Notes under the pieces: model-generated | Databases searched by the model: none | What the model saw: only the letters and a program-made list of their open reading frames with translations | What the model was told of the DNA's origin: nothing | Shown: positions 48,019 to 61,300 of the stretch, piece by piece | How the letters are laid out: the number at the start of each line of letters is the position of its first letter | Position numbering within the stretch: the stretch's first letter is position 1 | Assembly (NCBI GenBank): GCA_964270895.1 | Contig: OZ185435.1 | Length of the DNA stretch: 64,000 bases | Direction: 5' to 3' (one strand) | DNA from: Podarcis filfolensis | Taxonomy: Eukaryota | Made by a program: the position numbers and the translations under genes

Positions 48019-49099
48019 GTAAGGGACTGTCCCATAAATGAATGGCTGCTTTTTTAGGGACTAGTGGAATGAAGGGCGGGTGGCAAAAGAAGACTGGCAA
48101 CCACCAACAGTGGCTTTTTAAAAAAAGTGTGCTGAAAGTGGTTTGAGAGATGCCTTCCTTTCCCCTGCTGTATACATATATTCCTTTTGTTTTATCGTCA
48201 CCCCTGCTCAGACATGTTTTGCAGTTTCTTTATAACAATGCAGCCGCCTGCAAAACTTGTTTTACCAGAGGGGAAATTGGGTTGAGTCTGCATATCGCAG
48301 GCAGCGATCCTTCATTCATTTTGCCTTCATTTCTCAGGGCAGGGGGTAAGGGCATGTCTTTAGACCAAGAAAGGTTTGCTTGGGACCTTGGCCCAATTCA
48401 TGGGTTACTCAAGGGACAGCGTTGCTGCCTCTCCACTGTTGTTCCCTGGGGCACTCGGGTGACAGATGAAATGAGAAGATGTTTTTTTTGTGTGTTATTG
48501 TTTTTTTTTACAATATATCTGAGCTGCCATTCATCCTGTTGATTCTGTGTACCATACACATTTCATACAAAATATAACAAAAACAACTTCCTTTATGACA
48601 GTGGACAAATGGACAGGCTATAAGACTATAGAAACTAAAAGCAGGGTGAGGCAACGTAACCCTTTAGAATCCCTTGATAAATAAAAACATCTTAACCTGA
48701 CACTACAAAGACTGTATTATCAGCACCAGGTGTACCTCTTTGGGAAAATCACATGGGAAATATCTTTATCCATACCCCAGTTGGGAAGCTTGTTCAGGAA
48801 CTGAACTTCCCATAAGATCCCTCCCTCCCACAAGATTTCCTCATTTTGTAAACTATAAGACTACTACAGAATACAGATGTGAGGCATTCTGGCTTTCCCC
48901 CAACAAAAAGGCAGTGAAGAGGCCATGGTGTTTCACTTACTTATAGTCAGACAGCTCTGTGTACCATGTCCCCCCCCCCCAAAAAAGCAACAAGCCAAGT
49001 CCTGTACCCCTGGGGGAAAGATAAAACCTGTGGCAAATTAATTAAAATTTGTGTTTGTTTACACATACAAAAACCATATTCTGTGATGAGAATGTGGAT

Positions 49100-49530
49100 G
49101 TGCCAAATATATGCCATGATCTGGAGTTAAGGGTGAGCAGCGAGGTGGCTACGTTTGGGGGTAATACCCAATGTTTCGGGATGCTAAAGACAAAAAGGAA
49201 TTGCAAAGAGCTCCTAGAGATGCTCTCCACACCAGGGGGATGGGCATTAACCTGACAAATTCTGTTCAGTGTAAGTGTTGGGAGGATATCCTCATGCTGG
49301 AGGATAAAGCTGTCAAGGCTATCATGATGGATGTATACTACATCCGAGTCCAGGATCAGAGACAGCATGTCTCTGAGAACCATTTGCTGGGGAGCAGCTG
49401 TGGGAGAATGCTAATGTACTCAGGTCCTGCTTGTGGACTTTGCAGAGGCATCTGGTTAGCCCCTGTGGGAAACAGCAGGTTGCTGGACTGGCTGGGCCTT
49501 TGGTCTGACCCAGCAGGGCTGCTCTTAACT
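49100..49530 (+). mobile_element. CR1 LINE remnant (RT fragment plus 3' UTR, internally deleted)
   Basis: DLELRVSSEVATFGGNTQCFGMLKTKRNCKEL is a decayed DLE.GVSSEVAKFADDTKLF..VK...DCEEL; followed by CR1 3' UTR text. Confidence 0.8.
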
Positions 49531-49782
49531 ATATATTTGTATTCACTCACTATGTAATTATTCCCTTCTTCTGCTCGCCGAATGCTGAATTGCCACAGGC
49601 TGAATGCCACTGAAGTCTTGGCTATGCTTGAAACACATGCTGAGAGTGTTATTCTCTTGCCACTGCTGATATGTGTCCACATAGATCATACGAGTCTTTT
49701 GTCATGAAGATGCTCCCCCCCCCATCAACATGGACTGAGCGTGCTTACAAATGCTAACAGCCTGTTTTCATAACTTGCACAG

Positions 49783-49936
49783 TTAAAAACCAAGCACGCT
49801 GGGTACAGCAGTTCATCTCAGACATGTCTAACCTATACTTGAACACCAAGGATGCCAACTTCAATGTTATCCTGGTAGACTTTGATAGTGACGACATGGA
49901 TGTGGAGAAGGCACTTCAGGAAGCTCACCTGCCCAG
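49783..49936 (+). CDS. B4GALNT4: B4GALNT4 exon ~16 ([15 protein letters not shown]...[15 protein letters not shown])
   Basis: ttgcacag acceptor, CCAG|gtaatg donor, 154 nt; translated by hand. Confidence 0.96.
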
Positions 49937-51200
49937 GTAATGCAAGAAACATTGGAAGCTCTGGAGCCTGTCTCATTAGGTTTCTGTACCTGCACAACTC
50001 AAGTCTTGAAGCCACCGCTGCTTGATTTCTGAGCTGGACCAATAATGATATCCAAGCGCATTACTTTGGATGATACAGTGGGTACAGTTGGCCGCTAGGT
50101 AGATAAATAAAGCCATTTAAATTATCTACAGCTTTATTTCCTCTCCAGACTTTTCAGTATTGTGCATGACTAGCCTGCTTTTTAGCTGTCTGTAAACATG
50201 AGGCTTGAAGAGCAAATGGCAATAGCAGAAATGCCCTAGATCATGTGTGTATGGAAAGAGGAGGCAACAATAGAACCATGCCTGCTGAAATCAGATGCCC
50301 TATTAAGCATGTTGTGTCTGTGTGCACACTGCCCTTGCTACATCCATTTCTCCATTCAGTCTGTGTTATGATGATGTCTTTGCTTTATGAGTTGTGACCA
50401 AATACCAACCTGATTACTTAATCTGCAAATAATATCCTTATGGCTTCAAGTTTCAATCAGTTTAATTGGTAGATTAAGACTGCAACTCTTAGCACACTAG
50501 AGAGTACACCCCACTGAAAAGAATGGCATTACTTCTGAATTGGCATACATAGATTTGCACTGTAATGGACTTTAAACTTTGCATTTTAAACGAGATCCTT
50601 TGCATGTTTGCATGTAAGTAATCCCTCTGAATTTCATGGTACTTCTTCCCAATTAGGTGTGCAACCATAGTTGATTAATCAGTGACAGACCACTTTAACT
50701 AGTGGGCCTCAAAGTTAAAGGACAGTTATTCATTTGCTGAGTCTCTTTTCATTCAAGCATGTTACTAATAAAGAACAAGAAAATATTGATGTTCCCTTCT
50801 AAAAAGAAGGAATAATTTATTTCCCCCCATTAAATTGCAAAGTATTGCAACCCTTTCAACAGCTCTAAAATGTATCCACGTTGAGGCTAGGGTAGCATGC
50901 AAATTTATTTAAATATACTTAATTCAGTTGAGTTAAAGGTATATCATTTAATCAACTAAAAATATGTAACTGTCTCTAGCCTGCCTTGATTGTAGTTTGG
51001 TGTTTTCCTTCAGTTGGTGGCACTCATATCTGTTTCCACCTTTCTGGTATTTGGAAGTCCCTGGTGGTTAGAACCAGGTTTCAAAGGATGCAAAAACAAC
51101 CCCCCAACTTTGGGCTTACACATGCAAAGAGAGAGAGACAGAGAGAGACACACAGAGAGAATCTCTGCACCTATTTCACTGGTCTGCATCTTCTTCACAG

Positions 51201-51273
51201 ATACCAATACTTGAAGCGCACAGGAAACTTTGAGCGCTCAGCAGGACTGCAGGCCGGGGTTGACGCCATAGAG
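51201..51273 (+). CDS. B4GALNT4: B4GALNT4 exon ~17 (YQYLKRTGNFERSAGLQAGVDAIE)
   Basis: ttcacag acceptor, GAG|gtgagg donor, 73 nt; FxRSxGL motif of GT7-like enzymes. Confidence 0.97.
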
Positions 51274-51364
51274 GTGAGGACCGAGGGCAAAGGGGATAGC
51301 TGTTCCCAAGACTGCTTCATACCTGATTGTCATGGCTTGTCTGTGCCACTCTTTGATCCCTCAG

Positions 51365-51518
51365 GATGGCAGCAGTATTGTGTTCCTGTGCGACCTGCAC
51401 ATCCACTTCCCCCTCAACATTCTCGACAGCATCCGGAAGCACTGCGTGGAGGGAAAGCTGGCTTATGCGCCCATTGTCATGCGGCTGGGGTGCGGGAGCT
51501 CACCGCGAGAGCCCAATG
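51365..51518 (+). CDS. B4GALNT4: B4GALNT4 exon ~18 ([16 protein letters not shown]...GSSPREPN)
   Basis: ccctcag acceptor, G|gtaagt donor, 154 nt; DLH occupies the DxD metal-binding position. Confidence 0.97.
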
Positions 51519-51859
51519 GTAAGTGAAACACGTCTGGCTGCTGAGGAAGTGGAGGAGGCTGGACTGACTGACTGTCTGAATGAATGAGGCTGCTTACGTG
51601 AGAGGCAGCATGGCTACATTCCTCACATAGCCAGCTTAGTGTTGGGCAGCAAAAATTTGTTAAATAGCCAAACTGCTGGCACAATAATTGTGCCCTTGTT
51701 CCCATCTAGCCCTCTTACAGGATGCCTACAGACACACAACACAGATCACTGAGATCACCTGGAGGAGTGCTGTTAATTGTCCCCCAATTGGCCCCAACTA
51801 GATGTTGGGCATTTAGTGTCGCCTGTCCAATGCTGTGGAGCCCTCTTCCAGCACAGATT

Positions 51860-52096
51860 TGGCAAGCCACCTTCACTTTTAATTTTCTTGGAAGTCTCCT
51901 GAAGAATTTTTATGCCAACAGGCCTATACAGCTGCTTAAAACTTTCTTGTGTAGCCAGTTGTTTTAATGATTGTTCTGCACTGCTTTTGGTGCTTTTTAA
52001 TTTTTTAAAATTTTAAAACATGTTTTTATATTGCTGTGCACCACCCTGTGTGAGGGCGGGATGTATGTTTCATAAATAAATAGAAATAAATAAAAA
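51860..52096 (+). mobile_element. L2-like 3' end with (AAAT)n tail
   Basis: ttaaaactttcttg...tgttttaat...caccaccctg..gagggcggg...aaataaatagaaataaataaa. Confidence 0.55.
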
Positions 52097-52456
52097 CCTC
52101 TTATCTGAAACCCTCCTTAAAACTTCACTCTCATTGCAAGAGCAGAAATAACATGCAGGTTGACAGCTGCTCTGTAGGCTTCAGCTCAAACCTCTTGTGG
52201 CTCCGTCAGGGAAGTTTTGTATCCCCTTTGCAACCCAGCAGAGAAAAGCCAGACCATTTGCCTGAGGGGTGCACCACAAGTTTAGAAAAGAACCCAGGAG
52301 TCTTGGGCTCTGACTCTCCTGCTGGGAAACCTAACTTGGCTGCTCTTCTCTAAATGGTTTTGACAATAAAAGCCCTGAATAGTCATGCTGCCAAGTGAGA
52401 CTGTGGAGAGAGATTCAGCATGTGTGGGGATGTTTTAGCAGTAGAAAGCAGCAGGG

Positions 52457-52458
<2 letters not shown>

Positions 52459-52508
<50 letters not shown>
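52459..52508. repeat. (GT)25 microsatellite
   Basis: Seen directly. Confidence 0.97.
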
Positions 52509-52510
<2 letters not shown>

Positions 52511-52809
52511 GAGAGAAAGCATACACCAAAGTTATGATTTTTAATACCTGGTGTTATTAAATTATTTATTATTGTGTCAATGGGTCCATATATTTTATCT
52601 GAAATCTTCAGGCTATCTGCACTTTGTGCAGTAGGCATTCCTTTTTTGCCAAGTACTTGTCACTTGAAATCTGTTTCATATTTTTGACCACTGTGTTGAA
52701 AATCTGGGGTAGAAGAGCCCTGGAACAGATTGGGCAGCAGAGTGAATATGCTTGCCTTCTCCCAGGGCTCTGACTTTGTTAAGAACTGCTGCCAGTCAGC
52801 ACGGACAAG

Positions 52810-53606
52810 GCTGTCTGGGTCAAGTGAAGCTGGGCAGGTACTGGAACAATGTGTGGAGGCACTAATGGGTTGGATGAGGGACAGTAAATGGAAGCTAAAC
52901 CATGGTGAGATTGAGCTGATATGGATTGGTAGTTCCTGGGACCAGGAAATAGGAATGTCTGTTCTGTACAAGGGTGCACTGCATCACTGGGACAGGTGCA
53001 TAGTCTGGGGTGGGGGGGACTCCTGGATTTCACTTTACCTGGACAGGAATAACCCAGCTGCAGCAATCCAGGTACTAGTAAGCTCCTGCAATCAGCTCTA
53101 TGTGAAACTGCCCTTGAGGATGGTCTGGAAACTGCATTTGGGGCAAAATAACAGCAGTCATAGTGTTAATGGATATGTCTGCACAAGACCATATAACACT
53201 GGTTCTCAAAGACCTGCGCTGACTGACTGCATGTCACTGGGCCTTGTTTAAAGTTTTAGATGTAAGTCCTAAATGGCTCAGGACCTGGGGATCTGAAGGA
53301 GCGCTTGGGGTTGGCTGTGGAAGGTTCTTCTGCAGTCCCCTTGTTAACTGGAATCAGGCAATCTGGGACTTGCCAGAGGACCTTCTTGGCAATTCGCACC
53401 CTAGTGGTGGAATCATCTCCCCACTGAGCATGTTGGGGGGGGGGCAACATGGCCCTGTTGTTTGTAACAAGAGATAGATCAATGCTTTTTCTTTGTATTT
53501 TCCTTTTTTGTTTTAATTGATGCTTGTATTTTAAATTGTTTTACCTTGCCCTGAAATCACTACTGAAGGGGGGGCACAATATAATTTGTATAAACAATGA
53601 ATAAAG
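52810..53606 (+). mobile_element. L2 LINE ORF2 C-terminus plus 3' UTR, degraded
   Basis: LEQCVEALMGWMRDSKWKLNHGEIE resembles L2 L..CL..V..WM..NKLKLNP.KTE; later LPLRMVWKL and LNG.GP.YLKER-like remnants. Confidence 0.8.
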
Positions 53607-53738
53607 AAGAAGAGAAACAAGTCCTGGTTTCGCAGAAGTTCATCTAATTAAAGTTATCTCTATACATGTTTTGAATCCACATGAGATAATATTTGCTGCC
53701 AGCAGAGGACAGAGTGGCTTCTTTGGGTAGCAAAATGA

Positions 53739-53930
<192 letters not shown>

Positions 53931-56505
53931 TGAGATTTCTGGGATGGCCCAGAGCCCCAAAATCCCCCAGTGCTGGGTAAAGACCTGGTGCAGGACAAGG
54001 CAGGTTTATTGACTCTGGGTACATAGCTGGCAACATTTGGTGTAGAGATGAGGATCTTGAGGTCTACTGCACTTTGCAGAGGTGTCTGTCACAAGTCAAT
54101 GATGTCATATGTGCAGGCCTCAACATATGTAGCATGGTTCAAGATCCCTGTTGCCATCCCTGAGCAGGGTGGGCATAATCAGCACCACGCAGACAAATTT
54201 AATGCCCTAAAATACCATTATGTTTATGTTAAGGAAGAAGGTGATATTCTCTAGCATTCTAGCCTCTCCCCCCACTTTTGTTCTTTCCTCTCTCTCTTTT
54301 TTGAAGGACAACAAAATTAACCCTTTCCTTCCCCAACAGCAATGTTCTAACCTTTTTTAATGAAATTCTTTGGAGGTTGTGTTTTCTGCTGCTGCACACA
54401 CACCTACCTACATTTTTAATTGAGAAGGGGCAAACTGCAGCACAGCCTCTCTCTCACCTCTCAACGCAAAGCTGTACCGCCCCTCCATCTATTGGATGTT
54501 GTTCAATTGACTTTGAAAAGGGCCTGGGGCTTTCATGCCAAATCTGAAATGTGATTGGAGCCTCTGCTGTGACTTTGCAGAAATGCCCCGAGGCTGTTGG
54601 TCTACTTGAAGATTTTTTCATTTCAAGATGTGCCACCAATTCCCAGTTCCTTGTTGTAGTGTTCAGAAGGCCGGGGTGCTGCATTCACCCTTGATTTTAA
54701 CCTCTGCTTAACAAAGGGGAAGCCATTCACCCCAAGGTTTGCACAGGAAACCTGCAAGGTCTCCCTGTCCCTGACGTACACTGGGAGAAGTAAAACCCTA
54801 TCCCCTTAGTTGTTAGATGACTGATATATATATTCTTCAAAGAATAGTGAAAGAGCCAAAACCGGGATTTCCTCATACTTATCATTTATTTCTTACATTT
54901 ATAGGCTTCCTTTCAACCAATCTGGTAGAGCTATCAAATTATCAAAATGTCTTTAGAAATTTAACCATGTAGAGTAAATTGATTTTAAAACTTGCATGCC
55001 AACATTGCAGGGTCACATAACTCAACTGAGGGCCCTTTGATTGCTGCAGTCTTAGAACAACCTCCTAATTTTCTTTGGGGTAATGCCAGCACACAGCAGA
55101 GGCCTTTGCCCCCACCAGTGAATTTTGGCCCCTTCTGCTCTTCCACCGAGAGAGTCATAAAAGAAAAAGCATTGTTTATCTGTCCTGCAGAACTGGCCCC
55201 AGTGAACTGTATCCCTAGCACCAGGTAGTGTTAGAAAAGCAAAAAGCAACACTTTCAAGGCTTGTGTGTATGACCATGTCTTTCATGAGTGGCTCAGCCT
55301 GGAAACATGGTGAGGGAGATGCCACCATGCCATAGTTGCAGTTTTGGATTTGGCCAACCACAGTGATCTTGTTTCTTGATAGCCTTTGGATTAATATGGA
55401 CCAGCACAGTAACTTTCATGTCACTGTGAGATCTGTCATTGTGAGGTTACTTTTGAGATCTGGTGCAGACGGCACTACAAGTGGCTGGCTCCCCACAAGC
55501 TTACCATTCACATGAGTGGTCTGCTCATGTAATCATGATGCCAGAAGAGATCACTTTTTTTTCTTCTGTGACCAGAAAAAACTGCAGGTTCCCAATTTTT
55601 GTATTCACAAAACAGCCATGATATTGTGTGTTTGCTCTTCTAACATTATGCTGCTTATGAATATCGACCACTTACTTAGCATTTATTTTCAAGGAGTAAC
55701 AGGCAGCAATACCAGTTCTAGCCTCTCTTATGTCAGCATGTTTGACACCCGAAAAGGTCGCCACCTGGAAGCAGTCAGATCCTAGCAATGAAGGATGAAG
55801 AAGACAAGAATTACTTGTCAACCTGAGGCCTTTATTTTTGCAGTCGGTGGTCAAAGCAATTTATATATACTCACAATAATAAACAGAATATAAATAAAAT
55901 ATGCAACTAACAACAAATCCCTGCATGCATATCCTTAGGCACTAAGTGTTTGCCCACATCAAAAGATCTTACTTTACCCTTTGGAAGTTCAAGCTTTGGC
56001 AATGCTTAAGAGAGAAATTTCAGAAATCTGGATTAGCTGATGAGAATCTTTCCCTAAATGCCATGCAGCCCAGCAGGTTTGTTCAGGTTTGCTGTATGGG
56101 TTTACTCAGGAGTAAGTCGCAGGGAGATGAATAAGACTTCTTTGAGTAAGGGTGTTACAGCTTTGGTTTGCAAATGACACACTGAACATGCTCTCAAATG
56201 TGTATGCTAAAGAGGTGTGAAGGGGGTATAATTTAGGAGGCAGTCTCTAAAAGGTGTTTTCACGCATGACATTTAAAAGTAGTTTGTTCTTCAGTTACCA
56301 CACAATGATAACTTAAAATCTCCATTGGCAAAATGTACATTCCGTTTCTTTCCCACATTATACCCTGTGTTAGCAAGGGTGAGAGAGTCTCAGCATGTGT
56401 TTTAGTGGCATAGTTGAAAGTGGTTTAAGTCCTTAACAGATGTTTAGTTGGAGGACTAAATGACCTTTCTGTCTCTTGATTTCCTTCTGTTTGGCTTGCT
56501 CACAG

Positions 56506-56620
56506 GGTGCTTCAGAGTGGGCTGGAGGTGGAACGTTTGCGACTCAGGAACTTTTACCATTACTACCATTCCAAACGTGGCATGTGGAATTCACGCAGCA
56601 AGAAGACACCCAAAGACTAA
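56506..56620 (+). CDS. B4GALNT4: B4GALNT4 last coding exon ~20 ([37 protein letters not shown])
   Basis: ctcacag acceptor; TAA at 56618-56620; matches the family C-terminus. Confidence 0.97.
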
Positions 56621-58385
56621 ACACCAGCCCTGCCCTCAGCTGATCCCCACTCCTGGTCCTCTTCGGGAGGCGAAGAGGAAGCAGCAGCTGCCATCTTGGC
56701 TTTGCTACCTGTGACTCGGCACACCTTCCACACTGCTGCAGGTGCCCTTCTGGATGCAGCATCAGTCAGAGGCCCTGCACAAGGGCTCTCGGGAGTCAAG
56801 GGTTTCTACTGAACTATTTAAAGCAAACCATGTTTACTTTGGGATTTTTTTGTGACTTTTCTTAAGGGATCTAATTTCTTAGTCAGAAATTGCATTTATT
56901 AACTCAGTAGTACTGAAAGGTCGGGATTCCTGCTGAAAGGGAGAATGGGATGTGCCTTCCAGTATTACTACAGCCAGGAAGGAAGGTGCTGGGACCGCTA
57001 CACAAAGCTCATGCAGCTGCCAGGGGAGGATCACGGTTGTTACTTGGCTCATAGTTTTGGCACCTGAAAGCAAAGGAAGAATCTTCAGTGTGACAAGTGC
57101 TGTTCACTCCTGAGGTGACTGGGCCTCAACACTATATCATGGTCAAAGTGGGCCCTCAGGAGAGTTCAATGTCCTAAGAGGATTTTTGAGGAAAAGGCTC
57201 ATGTCAGGTTTTGGGGGGGGTGTTTCAGTCTTTCTAAGTGAATTTTGGGTTTCTGGCCCATCTGCATATTTTCTGGATCTGTCTTAGGTAGAGGCAGCCC
57301 CAAATCTAGCCCCCTGTGATCTTCCTACACATACCTGCTGCTTCTGTGACTGATGAAGATCATGCTAGGATGGAGTTGGGGGAAAGAGTTTCAAGAGAGA
57401 GAGGGCACAATCATGAGAGTGCCCTTCACTACTCTCAGAGCCACTTCAGATGCAATAATCTTGCTAAGGGGGCTGGGGGTATAGGCACCTTGTGCTTCCT
57501 GTTCTTCCACATCTCAGTCTTATCAGAAAGAGAACTTGCACATCTTCCCTGCGCTGGGGGTGCAGAGACTCCCAATGTGAGCACATATTCCAGATAGGAA
57601 CAGTACAGTTCTCTTTCACACTTCAATGAAATGGCAAAGGAACAGAAAAGTATTGAGGCCCTTCCACTTTCTTTTCCCATCACAACAAATTCGCATCAGA
57701 ATTGGCTTGCACCCTTCTCATTCTTCCCTTTCATCCTTCATCTGTTGTTTGAATGTACAAGGAAAGTATCGAGTAGCTCTCTGTGCCATTTGAATGGCCA
57801 CAGAGAGAGTAGGTGAGTTTCTGTATAACCATCAGCATTGGAGCAGCCAGGAATTAAGGAGAAACCCTGGGAAACCATGAGTGCTGAGTTGCTCAGTGAG
57901 CCTAAGCTTCCAGTTACTGCCCACTCTTCTCCAGTCACCCAACCAAGCTAATGAAAGAAAGGTGGGTACCACCCTCATGCTATGAGGTGTGAACACCCAC
58001 CACCATAAAAACCCTCATTTTGGGGAGGGGATTGGATAGCTAGGAAAATCAGGATGGGCTGAAAGAGTGGACTGGAGGCCCATGTTTTCCTCTAGTCCAC
58101 ATTACTTCCAGAGGAACCCCCCTCCTTTTCCACACACAGTTGGAGAAGTAGGTGAGGTTTCACTATCCTCAGGTTCATCTTCACAGGCTGCTGTGGTTGG
58201 GGTAACAGAAAGGGATGGTGCAGGAATCAAAGGAGGGGAGGGCACAACAATATTTCCAAGCTAATTTCTGTGAAATTATGAGGTAGAAAGCTGTTTTCAG
58301 AAAGTTATGTCTGGTTTTGTTTTATTTTTTTATTTTTATTGATATTGTTATTAAAAATAAAGTAAATGTCTTGGTTCTGATTATC
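56621..58385 (+). other. B4GALNT4: Probable 3' UTR (~1.75 kb)
   Basis: Runs from the stop to the first well-contexted AATAAA; the end is inferred, not observed. Confidence 0.55.
58356..58361 (+). terminator. Polyadenylation signal AATAAA
   Basis: Preceded by a U-rich tract (~58315-58350) and followed by GU/U-rich sequence (ggtttcagttttggtgcttt). Later AATAAA hexamers could be alternative sites. Confidence 0.6.
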
Positions 58386-61300
58386 TCCCAGGTTTCAGTT
58401 TTGGTGCTTTGCAAATGCCATCTGAAAAAAGATTGATTTCCACTGCAAAGATCCTTCCCCTCCCAGCCATGCAATGGTATAGGAAGAGTATTGTGTTGTG
58501 ACACTACTGGTGCACTCAACCTTTGCCTCACCTAGACTATCCCCAAGAGGGTCTGACACTGCAATTGGTGCTGTGCTGAAAACTTCTCCCACTTTTCCCC
58601 AAGCAATCTCTATCATAAATGAGAAATTATCAAAGTCATCTCCCTGGTGCTCTGCATTCTGCAGCCCCTCCAAGCATGAAAAGCCTGTGACATCCCAGGG
58701 TGGGCTTTGCTGTAAGCACAGGAAGCTGGGAGGGTTGTCTACCATGCTCCCAGCTTTTAAGTTATTTTTACTTTTAAATAAATCAGTACACTTAAAAAAA
58801 ATGTATTAGGAAGCACTTCCCTTAGAAACAAAGGGAAGAGCGCTTAAATCCAGGAGCTAGGTTGCCAGTCGCCCCAGCCTCAGGTAACTCCAGGAGAGGA
58901 GACCATGGAGGAAATTCATCCCATGGGCCTTTTCAGATCAGGAAGGCTGCAGGGTGCCAGGGAAATACTTAATAGAAAGAAAAACACACCATATTTTTCT
59001 TTGCAAAATTACAAATGCCTTTTAAAGCACATTGTGAATGAAGCATAAAAACAGAAGTCTCTTTTTACAAGGGAAGAAATCTAAAGAAACTGGAGGGCAT
59101 GTTTGAGCAAGCACTACCCAAAACACCTTTACGCTTCAGCCTGGATTTGCCAACATGGTCACAATGGCATCCGTGAGAACTTCTGCTGGTGCCCTCTCCC
59201 TTTGCCATGCTGTGGATGGTGAACTGCCCCCGCCCCACCTGTGGAAAGTGCAGTGGGGAAAAAGAACGCCACTCATGCTGAGCGCCTGGTTGCGTTAAAT
59301 GGGGGCAAGAGAAAGGCACATTGTATTCGTTTCTGTAAGAGAAAAACAACTTTCTGAATTTTAGAAAAGGCATTAAGGATGTGAAAGAAATGCCTTCAAA
59401 CTGACATTCACATCCAGATTTCATCAACGCTGCTCTGCCCTGCCACACAGGTTTCACCCTGGCCGGCCACAGCTGGGTGTGGTCACACTGACATGCTTTT
59501 GGGCTATATTTAGCTCTAAAGAGAAGGGAAAAAATAGAAGGAAGGCAGGCAGTGCCACTGAGAAAAGGACACGAGAGGCAGGAGGAACTCGGCAGGTGCT
59601 AGGAAATGTGTTCATTAAGAAAATGTGGCTAAATGCATTTTGGGTTTTTGAACAAAACACACTTGGGGGTGGGGCAACACTATTAGTCTGATTCTGCCAT
59701 GATAGAATGTTCCTTTTTGCTAGCTCTGGAGATTCAGCTAAGGCTGTTTGCAATGCAGACTCTTTCAAGCGTCAAATACATGGATACAGAGCTGATGGCA
59801 AGTTACTACAGCTTGCTAATCCCTGCAAAGGCATAAGCAGAAGAACAAACTCATGAAAGATGGCACCTCATCTTCTCTGAATAATCTTGTCCCTGATTAG
59901 TGCTCTCTTTGCATTTTGTTCCAGGAAAGCCAGGATCTCATTATAGAGGAGCTGACTTCCCTGCATTAATCTTTTCCCATTCTGGCCAGACCTCATAAGG
60001 AACGCTGTCTCTGCCACAATAGCCTCACTTAAGGCAAGCCATGAACAAGCAAGCCTGCTGGTGCACAGAACTGATTAACAGCAGGGCAGCTAGAAAAGAA
60101 CGATTAAAAAAACTTTGGTCCCCTTTTGTAACGTACATAACACCAGCTTAATGTTAAAATATTTTTTGCTGCTGGAATAAAAAGATATAAAGCTTATAAT
60201 GCTTGACAAACAACATGTGAATAATTGAATGATAGTGTTTAAATAATGAGTTTGTTATATATTTGATAATAGGTTTTTTATAGATTATTATATATTATCA
60301 GTGTTGTGTTTTGTATCAGGGTATGTGTATATTAAAGAGGGGGGAAATCACAACATTTTTGCTCCTTACCCACAGCTAAGTCATGGTTTTCAGAAGCTGG
60401 GTCTCAACCTCATCACCCTATGGAGAGGATCTGGTTCAGCTTATACACAAGTTAGCAGGCCTCAAGACTTCCCTCTTGTAATTCATTAGGTCTACAACTA
60501 TAACAGAAAGAAACTTCCACCTCTCACATATCACCTCTAGGCACCACATTTATGCAGTCTCCATGAATCCATTCTTAGTCTCTGGGCAAGGAGGAATCAT
60601 AGAGCCCATGCAGTAAATATCATCTTGATAACTCATCAGTATATACCTAGCCCAGCAAGGTTAGAGCCACATCTAGAGGCCCACTACACACTGACCCATG
60701 CAATTGCATTATACTGGTGGCCAGTTGTGCATCAGACAAACTGGAGTGGGTGCTTATGCTGCTGGTTCCAGATTTTGCATAGTATTGGGATCAGGCTGTT
60801 TCACCTGATACTATTCTTGACTGCAGTGGTACAATTAAGGATCTCAGACCTTCCATATCCACTCCATTGGACTGATGGGTGCCCACAGCTGAGTTGGGCT
60901 AAGCTGAAAAGTCAATGAAACCTGTTGGTTTTTGTTATGGATTTGTTCTGTCATTAAAGCTCCATGGGTATGGGCCCAGGGTAGTGGAAGGCATGTCTCG
61001 TCTCATCTCATTTGTTCCTCTGAAGACTCTTAAATAATCAGAAGAAGGCATGATATGAGAACCCCACCCTCCTAGGCTAGACAAAGGCATCAGGGAAAAA
61101 GGGTTTCTTGACAGGAGCATCTTCCCTATGGGAATTCCTTACCCAAAGAGGTCCATCAGACCCACTCACTTGTTATTTTTCATAGGCTGGCCTTTTAAAG
61201 CTATCAGTTTTATTTCTGGTTTTATCTTGGCTGTTTGAATACAGGGATAGTTGCTTATATTGTTTTAATTTAACTATATATTAATTTTATTTTTGTTGTA

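Noticed and set aside
50986-51200. 5' extension of the 178-aa ORF upstream of exon 17
   Set aside because: Intronic read-through including a (GA)n run; only 51201-51273 is exonic.
52730-53251. 173-aa ORF in intron 18
   Set aside because: Decayed L2 ORF2, not a host gene.
54178-54198. REST/RE1-like TCAGCACCACG (also 21635 region)
   Set aside because: Left half-site only; the GGACAG half is missing.
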